A stretch of 61,939 nucleotides of DNA from a virus (Duplodnaviria > Caudoviricetes). The stretch is taken from positions 1 through 61,939 of the IMG/VR virus record IMGVR_UViG_3300021475_000013; one strand, given 5' to 3'. The translations under genes and the position numbers were made by a program. How positions within the stretch are numbered: the stretch's first letter is position 1; every line of letters starts with the position of its first letter. Positions 47,044-56,231 of this stretch are shown in pieces. Below the pieces are notes generated by a model. It saw only the letters and a program-made list of their open reading frames with translations. It did not search any database and had not been told where the DNA came from.

Positions 47044-47208
47044 TTAGTCTTTCGACTTCTTGCCAGTTTTCGGAAACGCCTGACCTTCAACCCTTTCTGG
47101 TTGGACAAAGTCATCGTCATACCGATTAAGAATACTGATCATCATCTCCCTATCCTCTATCGTTTCGATAGGAAGATATACCTCCGCCTGTGAACTTGAT
47201 TCGCTCAT
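47044..47208 (-). CDS. Small hypothetical protein (54 aa, not in ORF track)
   Basis: MSESSSQAEVYLPIET...; ATGA overlap with the upstream gene. Confidence 0.5.
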   Translation of the reverse strand: MSESSSQAEVYLPIETIEDREMMISILNRYDDDFVQPERVEGQAFPKTGKKSKD

Positions 47209-47399
47209 GCTGGTACAGCGACACCTGCCGCATCATCCTCGTCTAATGGCTCGTCGAAGTCTGTGTCCGTCAAATCCCATGTACCTGAACTCTCATACCC
47301 TGACGTGAACCCTTTCTCGATTTGAGACGCTATGTGCCTCACGAAGTCCGCTAGGTCATGCTCATCTATCGATTCGTGGTTGATAGTAAGTTTTGACAT
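47205..47399 (-). CDS. Small acidic hypothetical protein
   Basis: IASQIEKGFTSG motif; 64 aa. Confidence 0.6.
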   Translation of the reverse strand: MSKLTINHESIDEHDLADFVRHIASQIEKGFTSGYESSGTWDLTDTDFDEPLDEDDAAGVAVPA

Positions 47400-47401
47400 G
47401 G

Positions 47402-48196
47402 CTAGAAGGGAATATCAGCAGGATCAATCTTGTCCTCAGGATAATCTGCTGGAGCCATCGGTTCTTTGCTATAATCAATCGATGGCAGATCCTCTTTCGG
47501 TGCCTCGGCCGTTCCGTCTTTGTAATACTCGTCTTGCTCAGATGTCATAGCGTGAAGCTCATTGATCTTATCGACGACGACTGACAATTTCACATCATCG
47601 AGTTTCTGTCCTCTGACGAAATTAATCGTGAAGTATGATCCCAAAGGACCAGATTCTTTCAGCGCGGACAATTTCGTCACGAACATATAGCTATGTTCGC
47701 CCTTAGACTTCTTATTGGCTATGTAGTCGAAGAAGTCGACGGTGCCCTCTACCTTGCCCTCACGCTTGTTATTAAGCGTCGATCCCTTGATAATCACACG
47801 TACGAGCTCTTTCTCATGCCCTGCGCGAAGCAGGAAAGCGTAGACGACACGTTCTGCCCACATTACGTCTTTGTATTTACCATGCAAAGCATCTGCAGTG
47901 CCTTTCTCCTGAGCACCGAAAAGGTAGACATTGTCCGTCTTTACGTTGTGTTCGGTCGACGTGTAGTACATTTCTAGCCTCTTTACGTACCCAACAATGC
48001 GTCTACGAATCTTAAGGAAGATAACATCAACACTTTCTCCCAAATCCTCCTTAGTGGATTTCTCGCCTTTCTTGCGATCAATCATGTTCACATAAACGAA
48101 TCTTCCGTCCTTGCCATTAAAGCGAACTTCGTTGAGAACAATCGATTTCGGGTATCGATTGATATTCTCTCCTGTCTTGTCTGAAACGTCCTCCAT
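47402..48196 (-). CDS. ssDNA-binding/annealing protein
   Basis: Acidic tail ending DIPF; adjacent to the exonuclease. Confidence 0.65.
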   Translation of the reverse strand: MEDVSDKTGENINRYPKSIVLNEVRFNGKDGRFVYVNMIDRKKGEKSTKEDLGESVDVIFLKIRRRIVGYVKRLEMYYTSTEHNVKTDNVYLFGAQEKGTADALHGKYKDVMWAERVVYAFLLRAGHEKELVRVIIKGSTLNNKREGKVEGTVDFFDYIANKKSKGEHSYMFVTKLSALKESGPLGSYFTINFVRGQKLDDVKLSVVVDKINELHAMTSEQDEYYKDGTAEAPKEDLPSIDYSKEPMAPADYPEDKIDPADIPF

Positions 48197-48197
48197 G

Positions 48198-49133
48198 TTA
48201 TTTTTTCTTTGTTTTTTTAATAGTTTCGACTACATTCACTGGTTCAGTTGATATTTCCGTCTTACCTTCCTGAACCATTTTTACCACTGCTGGCGATATG
48301 ACTATCGGATAGTCACGCTGTTTTGGTGCTTGACCTTCAGTCTCCGATTTCCATATCTTCTGAGCGACTAAGAACTTGTCCCAAGCATCCGCAATTTCAT
48401 TCCACTTATATCCGTCCTTGTTTCGCTTGTAACCGACCTGCAAGATAGCGCGGCGTAATCCAGCAACATTAATCTGTTGACCATCTTTCATGATTGGATT
48501 TTCACCATTCTCAACAGTGTGGGCATACTCTGCCAACTGAATCTCAAATGAAGTCCATAGGTTCGCAGATGTCTTAAAGTCGACGATGTAAATCGTCGGC
48601 CTATCGATCTTGAGATGGTTCTTACCGCCTTCGCGCAGTGTCACTCGAATGACCCAGTCAAGAGTTCCCGCGTAATTATGCTGATCCGAGAATACCACCT
48701 TATCCCACACGATCGATTCGACGATATAATCAACTTCTATGTCCTTCCTCCAATTTACGAAAGACATGATACAGTCGACTTCTTCCGTCGTTAATTCCTC
48801 CTCATTACCCGTTGACGGGTTCACGAACTTGGAATCAATACGAACTTCTTTTCCTTCCAAAATAGCCGATATGGCCAAGTGGACTTTCGATCCTTTATCG
48901 CCTGCGGCAACTTTGATGGCCTCTGCCTCATTCCATCCCTTATCTGCGAGCCATTTGTAGAAATAAATTCCTTTCGGCCAGTATTCTGCAATCCACGTCG
49001 ATGACGGAACTGGCAAGTATATCGGCAACTTTGTGACAGGATCCTCAGATGGTTTCATATACCATCGTTCATCAGGGGTCGTAATTCGAACAATGCCCCT
49101 TTCATTATCTACTTCTCTGATTTCTTTTCTCAT
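48198..49133 (-). CDS. PD-(D/E)XK exonuclease (recombination)
   Basis: PSSTWI, GSKVH, YAGTLD, IVDFKTS and QLAEY motifs. Confidence 0.85.
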   Translation of the reverse strand: MRKEIREVDNERGIVRITTPDERWYMKPSEDPVTKLPIYLPVPSSTWIAEYWPKGIYFYKWLADKGWNEAEAIKVAAGDKGSKVHLAISAILEGKEVRIDSKFVNPSTGNEEELTTEEVDCIMSFVNWRKDIEVDYIVESIVWDKVVFSDQHNYAGTLDWVIRVTLREGGKNHLKIDRPTIYIVDFKTSANLWTSFEIQLAEYAHTVENGENPIMKDGQQINVAGLRRAILQVGYKRNKDGYKWNEIADAWDKFLVAQKIWKSETEGQAPKQRDYPIVISPAVVKMVQEGKTEISTEPVNVVETIKKTKKK

Positions 49134-49210
49134 CGTTATTATTAGTTGTTATTATTAATTGTTATCGACCAAATTAATGAGAGCGATCCTCGCGATATGC
49201 TCAGAGTAAT

Positions 49211-49418
49211 TCTTTGATCGATGTGGGCGAGGATTTGACGATATTTGGATTTATGGATAAAAATCCAACATGGGGTACCCCTCCCCATACATCGTTAAGT
49301 CACCTCGCAAAGCGACCATCAGCTTGCAGGAGCAGTCGCCACGAAAAATATGTGAAGTCATAACACTTCCCTGCAATTCGCGCGTCTACCTTTTTCCGCC
49401 AACCACATCAATCAAAGA
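49211..49418 (-). ncRNA. tRNA-like structured RNA with large insertions
   Basis: Acceptor GATGTGG/CCACATC, Leu/Ser-like D arm GGCGGAAAAAGGTAGACGC, T stem GCGAGG/CCTCGC enclosing an inserted domain. Confidence 0.65.
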
Positions 49419-49556
49419 ACTATCCAAACAGTCGTCCGATCCCTCCCACTCATTTGGCGAATACCAAACTACCAGATTACAATACCATAGAAAATCTGTG
49501 CATTTATATGCACGGGTGTGGACAACCAAAATCTCATAGTGTTGTAAGATGTGGAT

Positions 49557-49952
49557 ATGAAATCAAGCGAAAAACTCAAAGAATATAAGCGTAATTGGAA
49601 TAGAAAGTGGCGCTTAGAACATCCTCAAGAATCAAGGATGCTCCAAAGAAAATATCGATTAGCAAGGATTACTAGACTTGGAGGTAAAAAAGAATATAAC
49701 GAAGATGCTAAAGAACGTATCAGAAAATGGAGAAAAGATAACCCTGAAAAAGTAATCGCCCATAGAAAAGTATTTGTGGCCGTAAGAAATGGATCGCTAA
49801 AAAAGCAACCATGTTTTTGTGGAGATACAAAAGTCGAGGCGCATCACGATGATTATTCAAAACCTCTTGAAATTACTTGGTTGTGTCAAAAACACCACGG
49901 ATCTGCCGATTCCATAAGAAGATTTATTTCATCAAAAATACCGCTCGGTTGA
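49557..49952 (+). CDS. HNH-type endonuclease
   Basis: AVRNGSLKKQPCFCG..VEAHHDDYSKPLEITWLCQKHH. Confidence 0.85.
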   Translation: MKSSEKLKEYKRNWNRKWRLEHPQESRMLQRKYRLARITRLGGKKEYNEDAKERIRKWRKDNPEKVIAHRKVFVAVRNGSLKKQPCFCGDTKVEAHHDDYSKPLEITWLCQKHHGSADSIRRFISSKIPLG

Positions 49953-49961
49953 GCGGTATCT
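49934..49961. terminator. Intrinsic terminator, strongest on the minus strand
   Basis: AAAA-ATACCGCTC-GGTT-GAGCGGTAT. Confidence 0.75.
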
Positions 49962-50072
49962 CTGCCTTTCAAATGGTGCATCCAGGAAAGGATTTTTATT
50001 TCACTTGTGATGCTGGTAAGTTATTAGCCTACCAGACTACTATAGTATAGCGTATTTTTCACAAAAAGACAT

Positions 50073-50143
50073 TTGCGGGTCCAAGAATCGAACTTAGCTA
50101 TCTGTGCTTATGGAACACAGAGGACACCAGCCCTCCACCCGCG
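50073..50143 (-). tRNA. Atypical tRNA-Met (CAT), initiator-like
   Basis: CGCGGGT/ACCCGCA with C1-A72 mismatch, TGTGT-TC[CAT]AA-GCACA, CTAAG-TTCGATT-CTTGG. Confidence 0.75.
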
Positions 50144-50440
50144 TTAATTCCACGTGTACGCCATCACCATATCCTTAGGGTTCTTTTCATCGAAAATATC
50201 AATTCTGCATTTCTTACCGATAAGAAAATCAGATCCGAGCTCATTAATAATTGTTTGCAACGCTTCTATTTCGGGATCGGCAATAGGAATACCTTTTATG
50301 ACAGTCTGTAAATTATTCGCAAAATAGACATCTACAGTGCGAGCACTTTCATTGTACGATGAAATAAATGCCTTTTTGAAAGTCGCTCCCGTGAGTTTCG
50401 CCGTAGACTTTTGAAACGATCTTGATGCTGGTATTTTCAT
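50144..50440 (-). CDS. Tail tip-associated small protein
   Basis: ATG 50440 directly after the large tail gene; OB-fold-like SYN..RTVDV..IKGIPI. Confidence 0.6.
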   Translation of the reverse strand: MKIPASRSFQKSTAKLTGATFKKAFISSYNESARTVDVYFANNLQTVIKGIPIADPEIEALQTIINELGSDFLIGKKCRIDIFDEKNPKDMVMAYTWN

Positions 50441-50441
50441 A

Positions 50442-53400
50442 TTAGCTTGGGTTACCTGTCTCGATATTAATTGAATACTGACCCTTCGACCCGTCATTTT
50501 TTATGGTTTGATTATATACCCGACTCGTGCCATTTACATTCGTGGAATTATTTCCCGTATTAACAATCGTGATGACATCAAACATTTCAGATCCGACGTT
50601 ATTTGGATTTGCTGGCGTGTTCTGAACATTGAATCTCTGCGCTAATGTTAGCTCAGCGTTAGCTCGAACAAGCGCATCAGCATATGTCAGAATCGTATAA
50701 TCAACCACGTTCAGATCTCTGACATATCCAGTCGTTGCAATCGACTGAGTGTTCTGTACAACAGCCATGACACCGCTTCCTTGAACGGTTACCTGATTAA
50801 CATAACCCGTATCTGACGCATTCTGATTTTGTCCCACTAAAGTATTTTGATACGTATACGTACTCGGATCATTTGCATTGATCACGATTGTATTCAAACG
50901 ACCCATAAGATCTGCGTAGTACCAACCATTAATGGTCAATATGACATTTTGAGCCGTGGATGTTGTATCATCACCTGCATTGAGTGCAAACTGAGCAATC
51001 TGATTCCATACGAGCTCAGAAGATATCTGAGACACATATGCTGTAGAGTTCGCATCGGTAAGGAATCCCCAGTATCCATTTGAAGTCAAATACGCCTGCT
51101 CTGATGAGTTTGAATCATTCCACATGAGCATACATCGATCATTCACAAATACCATAATCGTATTTTTATTCGATACGATTTTATATGTATTCAATCGAGA
51201 TATGTCGAATGGCGTACTATTTGTAGCAGATCCTCCACTGTATCCCAACAAGGATGTTTGAGTAAACGTATTTGCATTAGGTGTTTGATCCGTAAGTATT
51301 GCGCCTAGAGATATTAGGCTATTACCAGATGAAGCAATATACTGAATATTCATCGCATATGATTTTGTTGGTGTCGATGAATTTCCTTGAAAAAATATCT
51401 CGAACCCATAATTAACTGCTGGATTCGTAGGTTGAGCGAAAGCCTTGAACACCAAATCTCCGTTAGAGATTTGGTATGAAGTGTTGATAACCTCAGAAGA
51501 CGGTCCTATCTTCATCATGCCCTTATAGTACGAGAACGGTGTTCCAGAATAATTTGATGGAAGAAATATTTGATCGTTGAATATATTTATCGTATTGAAT
51601 TTTGTCACACCTGCAAGAGCGGCCAAACGACGGACTCCATCATTGATTGATTGGCTATTATTGAATCTCATGAATTGGAAATTACTAAAAGATGTAGTAA
51701 AATTTGATGCACCTAATCCAATAACTCCATTTAAGAATGCGTACGGAGATAGTCCAGTAAGTAAGTTATTGGGGTAAGAAATTACTACTGGATAATTTGC
51801 AAAGGTTCCACTATATGCTGTTGGATCGAAACATCCGACAGAATATGCTCCATTGGGTCCACTAGGATTTCCTATGATAAGGTCAAAATTAACGTAATTG
51901 TATTTCCTTATAAGGAATGGAAAAGTACCGTATGTAGATTGTGAAGAAAGTAATGCTGGGTTACTACTGGTTAGTGATCCAGAAAGATTTATTTCGTAAA
52001 ATGCATAAAATCCAGAAGTACCAGTCCATCCACCATGACCATTAGTTTTATACTCAAATTTTATCCTTATGAAATTGGTTGGATCGATGTAGTATAAATA
52101 TATAGCAGTATATCGTGCTGGCGGTTCTAGGTTTGTAGTTGGAGTTGGAACATTCATAACACAAGAAATTATCGATGATTCAGTATTATTAATAAAATTA
52201 TTAAGAGTGATTATATCGTCACCACCACCTGGACTAGTTATAGTATAAGTATTATTTTGCTGACTCCATGATCCAGCCTGAACAGTCCAATTATTCGTGG
52301 TTGATCCATCAAACAAATCAACGTACACACCAGGTCCATCTGACGTAAATGAAAACTCAGTACTCAAGACAGTCAATTTCTTATTCAAATCCAGCCCAAT
52401 TATCTGAACATCATTGCTATTCGATGTTACGTTTTGAGTTATATTGCTGATGAAAAATATGCTCTTCGGTACAACTTCCCCAACTCCACTGGCATTGTAA
52501 TATCCCTGCTCGAGATAAATCTTCATATTCTGAGCGATGGCGGCCGCGCCAGTTCTTGTCGGACTAGGTCCATACCATTGATTATTCGCGTTAGCGAGCG
52601 TGATTGTGATCTGAGACGCCTGACCAGCCGTATCGTCTACATCATAATTTATGATGCTGTTTGTGATATCCGCTACGATATTATTTACGATATATTGCCA
52701 AAGAAGTCCCGCACTGACGATATAGCAGTACGATCCTTGCTGAACAAAGTCATATCCCTTCGTGTACGTCGTTCCATTCGGTCCAGGGAAGAATATCGTT
52801 CCGTCAGTGAAATAGACTGGTGTCGGATAAGAGAAAAAATTAAGGTCTACCGACGTACTCATATAGTAGTTATGTTGCGTAGTCAGTGGATTTGATTGTG
52901 TCCCTGTTTTCAATCCCACGATAACATCGCCTTTGAACAAAAGAGTGAATGATCCATTTACCGCACTGATTCTCGGATACGTAAATATATTTCCATTGAA
53001 TGTAGTGTTCGCTGTCGACTCAATTATGGTCGTTGGAATACTCCAAAAGTATTGAGATAGGAGAGGTGAGACTAATGCCGCCGCATTGGTTCTCATAATA
53101 TAAATACCGAAGTTTGCATCAGGGACAGTCTCAAGATACTGATGGTATCCCGCGAAAACGATATAGTGATACCCATTGTAATAAATCACATCCAAACTCT
53201 GCATGATCCAATCTTCAGGGTCTACATCTAAATTCCAAGTAATTGGACTTGAGAACGATGACCCCGTTCCCGAGTATGTCTGATAATTTATTTGGTAGAA
53301 AGTAGAAATAAACGGAGGTGAGAATCCAGTGCTCACTGCTTTAATATAAAAGAATGATCCTCCGATAGTCGATCCGTCAATATTCAGAAGCGGAGTACCT

Positions 53401-53921
53401 GCCGCAACATATACGTTATTCGTCGTTGCATTTGATATGACTATATCTGTCGGTGATATCGAAGATGAAAAACTCGCGCCGCTATTTACCGAACGATAAT
53501 GTATGACATTGAGATTCCCGCTATTATTGAAGAACGCGTACACATCGATAACGTAGTATCCATTTATCCAATCTGAGACTGACACAGAAGCATTGAGATC
53601 GTTTCGATATGTGGAAGTGAGGATTGTTTTTGTTCCGAGACCCGTAGCCATGTTTGGAGTATTCCAAAACGCCAAATTATTGCTCGCATCCGCACCAACG
53701 CTAAGTATATTCCCGTCTGGTGCCTGAACCGACTTTCCATTGATAGGTATATTCGGTTGAGTCAAAATCGCATTCGGCGTAATCGTATCATTCACGATTT
53801 TGCATGTGAAGTACGGACGATATCCAGGTCCTAATTGTGCGGTCTTTAGAGTATCAGACAACCATTTGTAGTCTGAATTCCTTACCGAGCATGAGTTGAT
53901 GTCTACTTCTCCGTTGTTCAT
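50442..53921 (-). CDS. Tail tip / hub-central fibre protein
   Basis: 1159 aa; hub-like segments (ASQITITLAN...IYLEQGY; NQVTVQG...DVITI) flank lectin-like beta domains; downstream of the tape measure gene. Confidence 0.75.
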   Translation of the reverse strand: MNNGEVDINSCSVRNSDYKWLSDTLKTAQLGPGYRPYFTCKIVNDTITPNAILTQPNIPINGKSVQAPDGNILSVGADASNNLAFWNTPNMATGLGTKTILTSTYRNDLNASVSVSDWINGYYVIDVYAFFNNSGNLNVIHYRSVNSGASFSSSISPTDIVISNATTNNVYVAAGTPLLNIDGSTIGGSFFYIKAVSTGFSPPFISTFYQINYQTYSGTGSSFSSPITWNLDVDPEDWIMQSLDVIYYNGYHYIVFAGYHQYLETVPDANFGIYIMRTNAAALVSPLLSQYFWSIPTTIIESTANTTFNGNIFTYPRISAVNGSFTLLFKGDVIVGLKTGTQSNPLTTQHNYYMSTSVDLNFFSYPTPVYFTDGTIFFPGPNGTTYTKGYDFVQQGSYCYIVSAGLLWQYIVNNIVADITNSIINYDVDDTAGQASQITITLANANNQWYGPSPTRTGAAAIAQNMKIYLEQGYYNASGVGEVVPKSIFFISNITQNVTSNSNDVQIIGLDLNKKLTVLSTEFSFTSDGPGVYVDLFDGSTTNNWTVQAGSWSQQNNTYTITSPGGGDDIITLNNFINNTESSIISCVMNVPTPTTNLEPPARYTAIYLYYIDPTNFIRIKFEYKTNGHGGWTGTSGFYAFYEINLSGSLTSSNPALLSSQSTYGTFPFLIRKYNYVNFDLIIGNPSGPNGAYSVGCFDPTAYSGTFANYPVVISYPNNLLTGLSPYAFLNGVIGLGASNFTTSFSNFQFMRFNNSQSINDGVRRLAALAGVTKFNTINIFNDQIFLPSNYSGTPFSYYKGMMKIGPSSEVINTSYQISNGDLVFKAFAQPTNPAVNYGFEIFFQGNSSTPTKSYAMNIQYIASSGNSLISLGAILTDQTPNANTFTQTSLLGYSGGSATNSTPFDISRLNTYKIVSNKNTIMVFVNDRCMLMWNDSNSSEQAYLTSNGYWGFLTDANSTAYVSQISSELVWNQIAQFALNAGDDTTSTAQNVILTINGWYYADLMGRLNTIVINANDPSTYTYQNTLVGQNQNASDTGYVNQVTVQGSGVMAVVQNTQSIATTGYVRDLNVVDYTILTYADALVRANAELTLAQRFNVQNTPANPNNVGSEMFDVITIVNTGNNSTNVNGTSRVYNQTIKNDGSKGQYSINIETGNPS

Positions 53922-53925
53922 ATTT

Positions 53926-54291
53926 TTATTTATACTTGAAACCGACCATCTGATTCATCATCCCGTCCATGAAATACTCCTCGACAACCTCATTGTCTTT
54001 CACGAGCCCCATAATTATACCCAAAACTCTCGGCGGATCGCTGACATCGTTCTTTACAAGAGTCTCTGAAAGGATCGCCTGATACACCCTATGCCCCTCG
54101 GGCACTTCAATTTCATGTTCCATCCCTTTGTACTTAACGTGGATTTTTTTTACTGAATCCTTGCTTGCATACACATATTTAGCCTGTCCATTGAGAGAAG
54201 CTACGATTTTTTCCGCATGGTCAGTCCACCTTGTCTTTGACGAGTGAAATGTCTTTCCATTTTTGTGTGTAACTATGTATTCTCCGTGCAT
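53926..54291 (-). CDS. Hypothetical protein (tail module)
   Basis: 121-aa ORF. Confidence 0.6.
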   Translation of the reverse strand: MHGEYIVTHKNGKTFHSSKTRWTDHAEKIVASLNGQAKYVYASKDSVKKIHVKYKGMEHEIEVPEGHRVYQAILSETLVKNDVSDPPRVLGIIMGLVKDNEVVEEYFMDGMMNQMVGFKYK

Positions 54292-54295
54292 ATAT

Positions 54296-55564
54296 TTATG
54301 GTGACCATTGATAAATAACTGATATGACGAAGTTTTGGCTGGACGCGGGTTCTCCCGCTCTTGGATTTATATAGGTTTTCGCCTCAAGGAATCCCGATCC
54401 GTTATGATTCGATCCTGCGCGTATTTCGGATAATCCAGGCGATCCGTTTGAAGCATAGTCAAACGAAAACATCGTACTTCCTCCGACTACTGCCGTTGAT
54501 CCCATATACCGAGTATATGACCACGCAAGTGCCATAGAACCCTCTCCCCAGCCATTCTGTAGTACATGCAACCATTGATGCGATGCGACGGGCATAGAAG
54601 CCGAGTGTCCAACCCCGTCCCATGTCGTTACCATGACATTGACCACATCAGCGATATTATTCACAAGACCATAGTTATTGTATATCCTGAAATACATAGG
54701 CTCAGAATCAGTGCTATCGAGAACGGGAATCTGTGTGCCAGCTGGGCTTAATGTATAGTAATTAAGACTCGAAAGAATTCCATACGGAGCGACATTCTGT
54801 CTGATCGTGATGGTCGGTGCGTCAAATAGTCCTCTCCCGAAAAGAGTGAGAAGTCTCGATACCGCATTCATCATCGAAAGAGAAACCGACCTAGTGAACT
54901 TCGCTAACCTTGAGACAGTCAAAAGACGACTTGAAGCATTCATCATCGTGATTGACGCTGTTCTGATTTGAACAAAAGGAGCAAATGAAGCGGCAATACT
55001 ACCCCAGTTTTGAGTACTGCCTCCAGTGGTTTTCACCGACATAGTTGTCGAACCAGAAGCTGTACCATTTGTATCAGCAATAATATCAGAAGCACCCAAA
55101 GTATTAGCGTTTTGCCTTACATCAGTATTTCCATTATTTGAACTTATAGCCTGACCAGCACCGATACCTGCCGCAAAAACTATCCAGCAATTTGTCGCAA
55201 TCGGAGTGACAGCATTGGACACCACATTCGTACTACTTGGTGAGCTTACATTGCTATTATCAATACCCGATCCGCATCCTGTGAAAGATGAGGAGCATGC
55301 TGACAACGGACCATTTCCGTTAACCACAACATTATGTGCTCCAGTAGCAGGATTATCTAAATACCAAAGATTTACACTTCTTTGGTCTGTAGCAACTTTA
55401 ATCATACTAACACCGTTATAGGTCACAGATGTCGCTGGAGCACCACTACCATCAGTAACGGAAACAAAAAGCTTTAGATTACTGCCAGTACAGGTATGAG
55501 AGAATGTTAGAGTCGCACCTCCTGTAGTACCTTGTGCACTTGAATCAAAAGCAATAGTTGCCAT
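54296..55564 (-). CDS. Minor tail / receptor-binding protein
   Basis: G/S/T/N-rich beta domains; internal MMNAxSRLLT repeat. Confidence 0.65.
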   Translation of the reverse strand: MATIAFDSSAQGTTGGATLTFSHTCTGSNLKLFVSVTDGSGAPATSVTYNGVSMIKVATDQRSVNLWYLDNPATGAHNVVVNGNGPLSACSSSFTGCGSGIDNSNVSSPSSTNVVSNAVTPIATNCWIVFAAGIGAGQAISSNNGNTDVRQNANTLGASDIIADTNGTASGSTTMSVKTTGGSTQNWGSIAASFAPFVQIRTASITMMNASSRLLTVSRLAKFTRSVSLSMMNAVSRLLTLFGRGLFDAPTITIRQNVAPYGILSSLNYYTLSPAGTQIPVLDSTDSEPMYFRIYNNYGLVNNIADVVNVMVTTWDGVGHSASMPVASHQWLHVLQNGWGEGSMALAWSYTRYMGSTAVVGGSTMFSFDYASNGSPGLSEIRAGSNHNGSGFLEAKTYINPRAGEPASSQNFVISVIYQWSP

Positions 55565-56221
55565 TTAGAAATTATTAGTCCACTGAATGATGACTTGGTC
55601 GTTGTTTGCGAGAGCGACGGAAGAAGAAAGGTTTGCCTCGCAACACATATTTCCAGTGGAAACCGCATCGAATAGAGCGGACGATACTATCGTGACAGTG
55701 CCGCCAGAAGTATTGGTGAAAGTGTTTGAGATGACGTAACTAGCCGCTCCATCGAGAGATGCAGGTCCTGTGTATGTTCCGATCGTTCCAAGTACCCTAC
55801 CAAGACCAGTTGCTGAAGTCTCTCCAGTAAGCGTCGTATCTCCTGCCGCAGGTGTAAGCGAGCTCGTCGAGAGAGCGATGTACTTGAAGACCGCAGGAGA
55901 AGTGAGAGAAGCAAGATTCGAACCTGAGAGAAGAAATGCACAGAGTCCAGCTCCCACATTCACACGAGAGTTGTACGAAGGTCGAATCTTGTACGATTTA
56001 TACACTCCATAAACTCCAGTATCTCCGATCATACTAATAATCTCTTTCCTGCGAAGTTTCTCACCTTCACGATAAACTCTCTGGAAACGATTCACGATCG
56101 GTGATATTTTCTTGTACCGAGAATCTCCCATGATGAATCCGAAATACGCACCCCATCTCGTGTGCAAAAGCCACTTCTTGATACTCTGATATTTCGCTAT
56201 CTGTCCTAATTGCATGTTCAT
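55565..56221 (-). CDS. Baseplate/minor tail protein
   Basis: YIALSTS..TPAAGDTTLTGE..GLGR..LFDA.STGNM pattern. Confidence 0.7.
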   Translation of the reverse strand: MNMQLGQIAKYQSIKKWLLHTRWGAYFGFIMGDSRYKKISPIVNRFQRVYREGEKLRRKEIISMIGDTGVYGVYKSYKIRPSYNSRVNVGAGLCAFLLSGSNLASLTSPAVFKYIALSTSSLTPAAGDTTLTGETSATGLGRVLGTIGTYTGPASLDGAASYVISNTFTNTSGGTVTIVSSALFDAVSTGNMCCEANLSSSVALANNDQVIIQWTNNF

Positions 56222-56231
56222 ATATTTATTA

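Noticed and set aside
3539-48960. Many long plus-strand ORFs (e.g. 19595-20443, 22995-23711, 34060-34746, 35451-36242)
   Set aside because: They are antisense shadows of well-supported minus-strand genes and have no recognisable motifs.
48198-49133. Cas4 / CRISPR-associated nuclease
   Set aside because: It lacks the Fe-S cysteine cluster, no array or other cas genes are present, and the context is recombination/replication.
49211-49418. tmRNA identity for the tRNA-like RNA
   Set aside because: No GGGG 5' end or G3-U70 alanine identity, it has a full D arm, and I found no tag reading frame.
50442-55564. Diversity-generating retroelement or invertible tail-fibre switch
   Set aside because: No reverse transcriptase or invertase, and I noticed no template/variable repeat pair.
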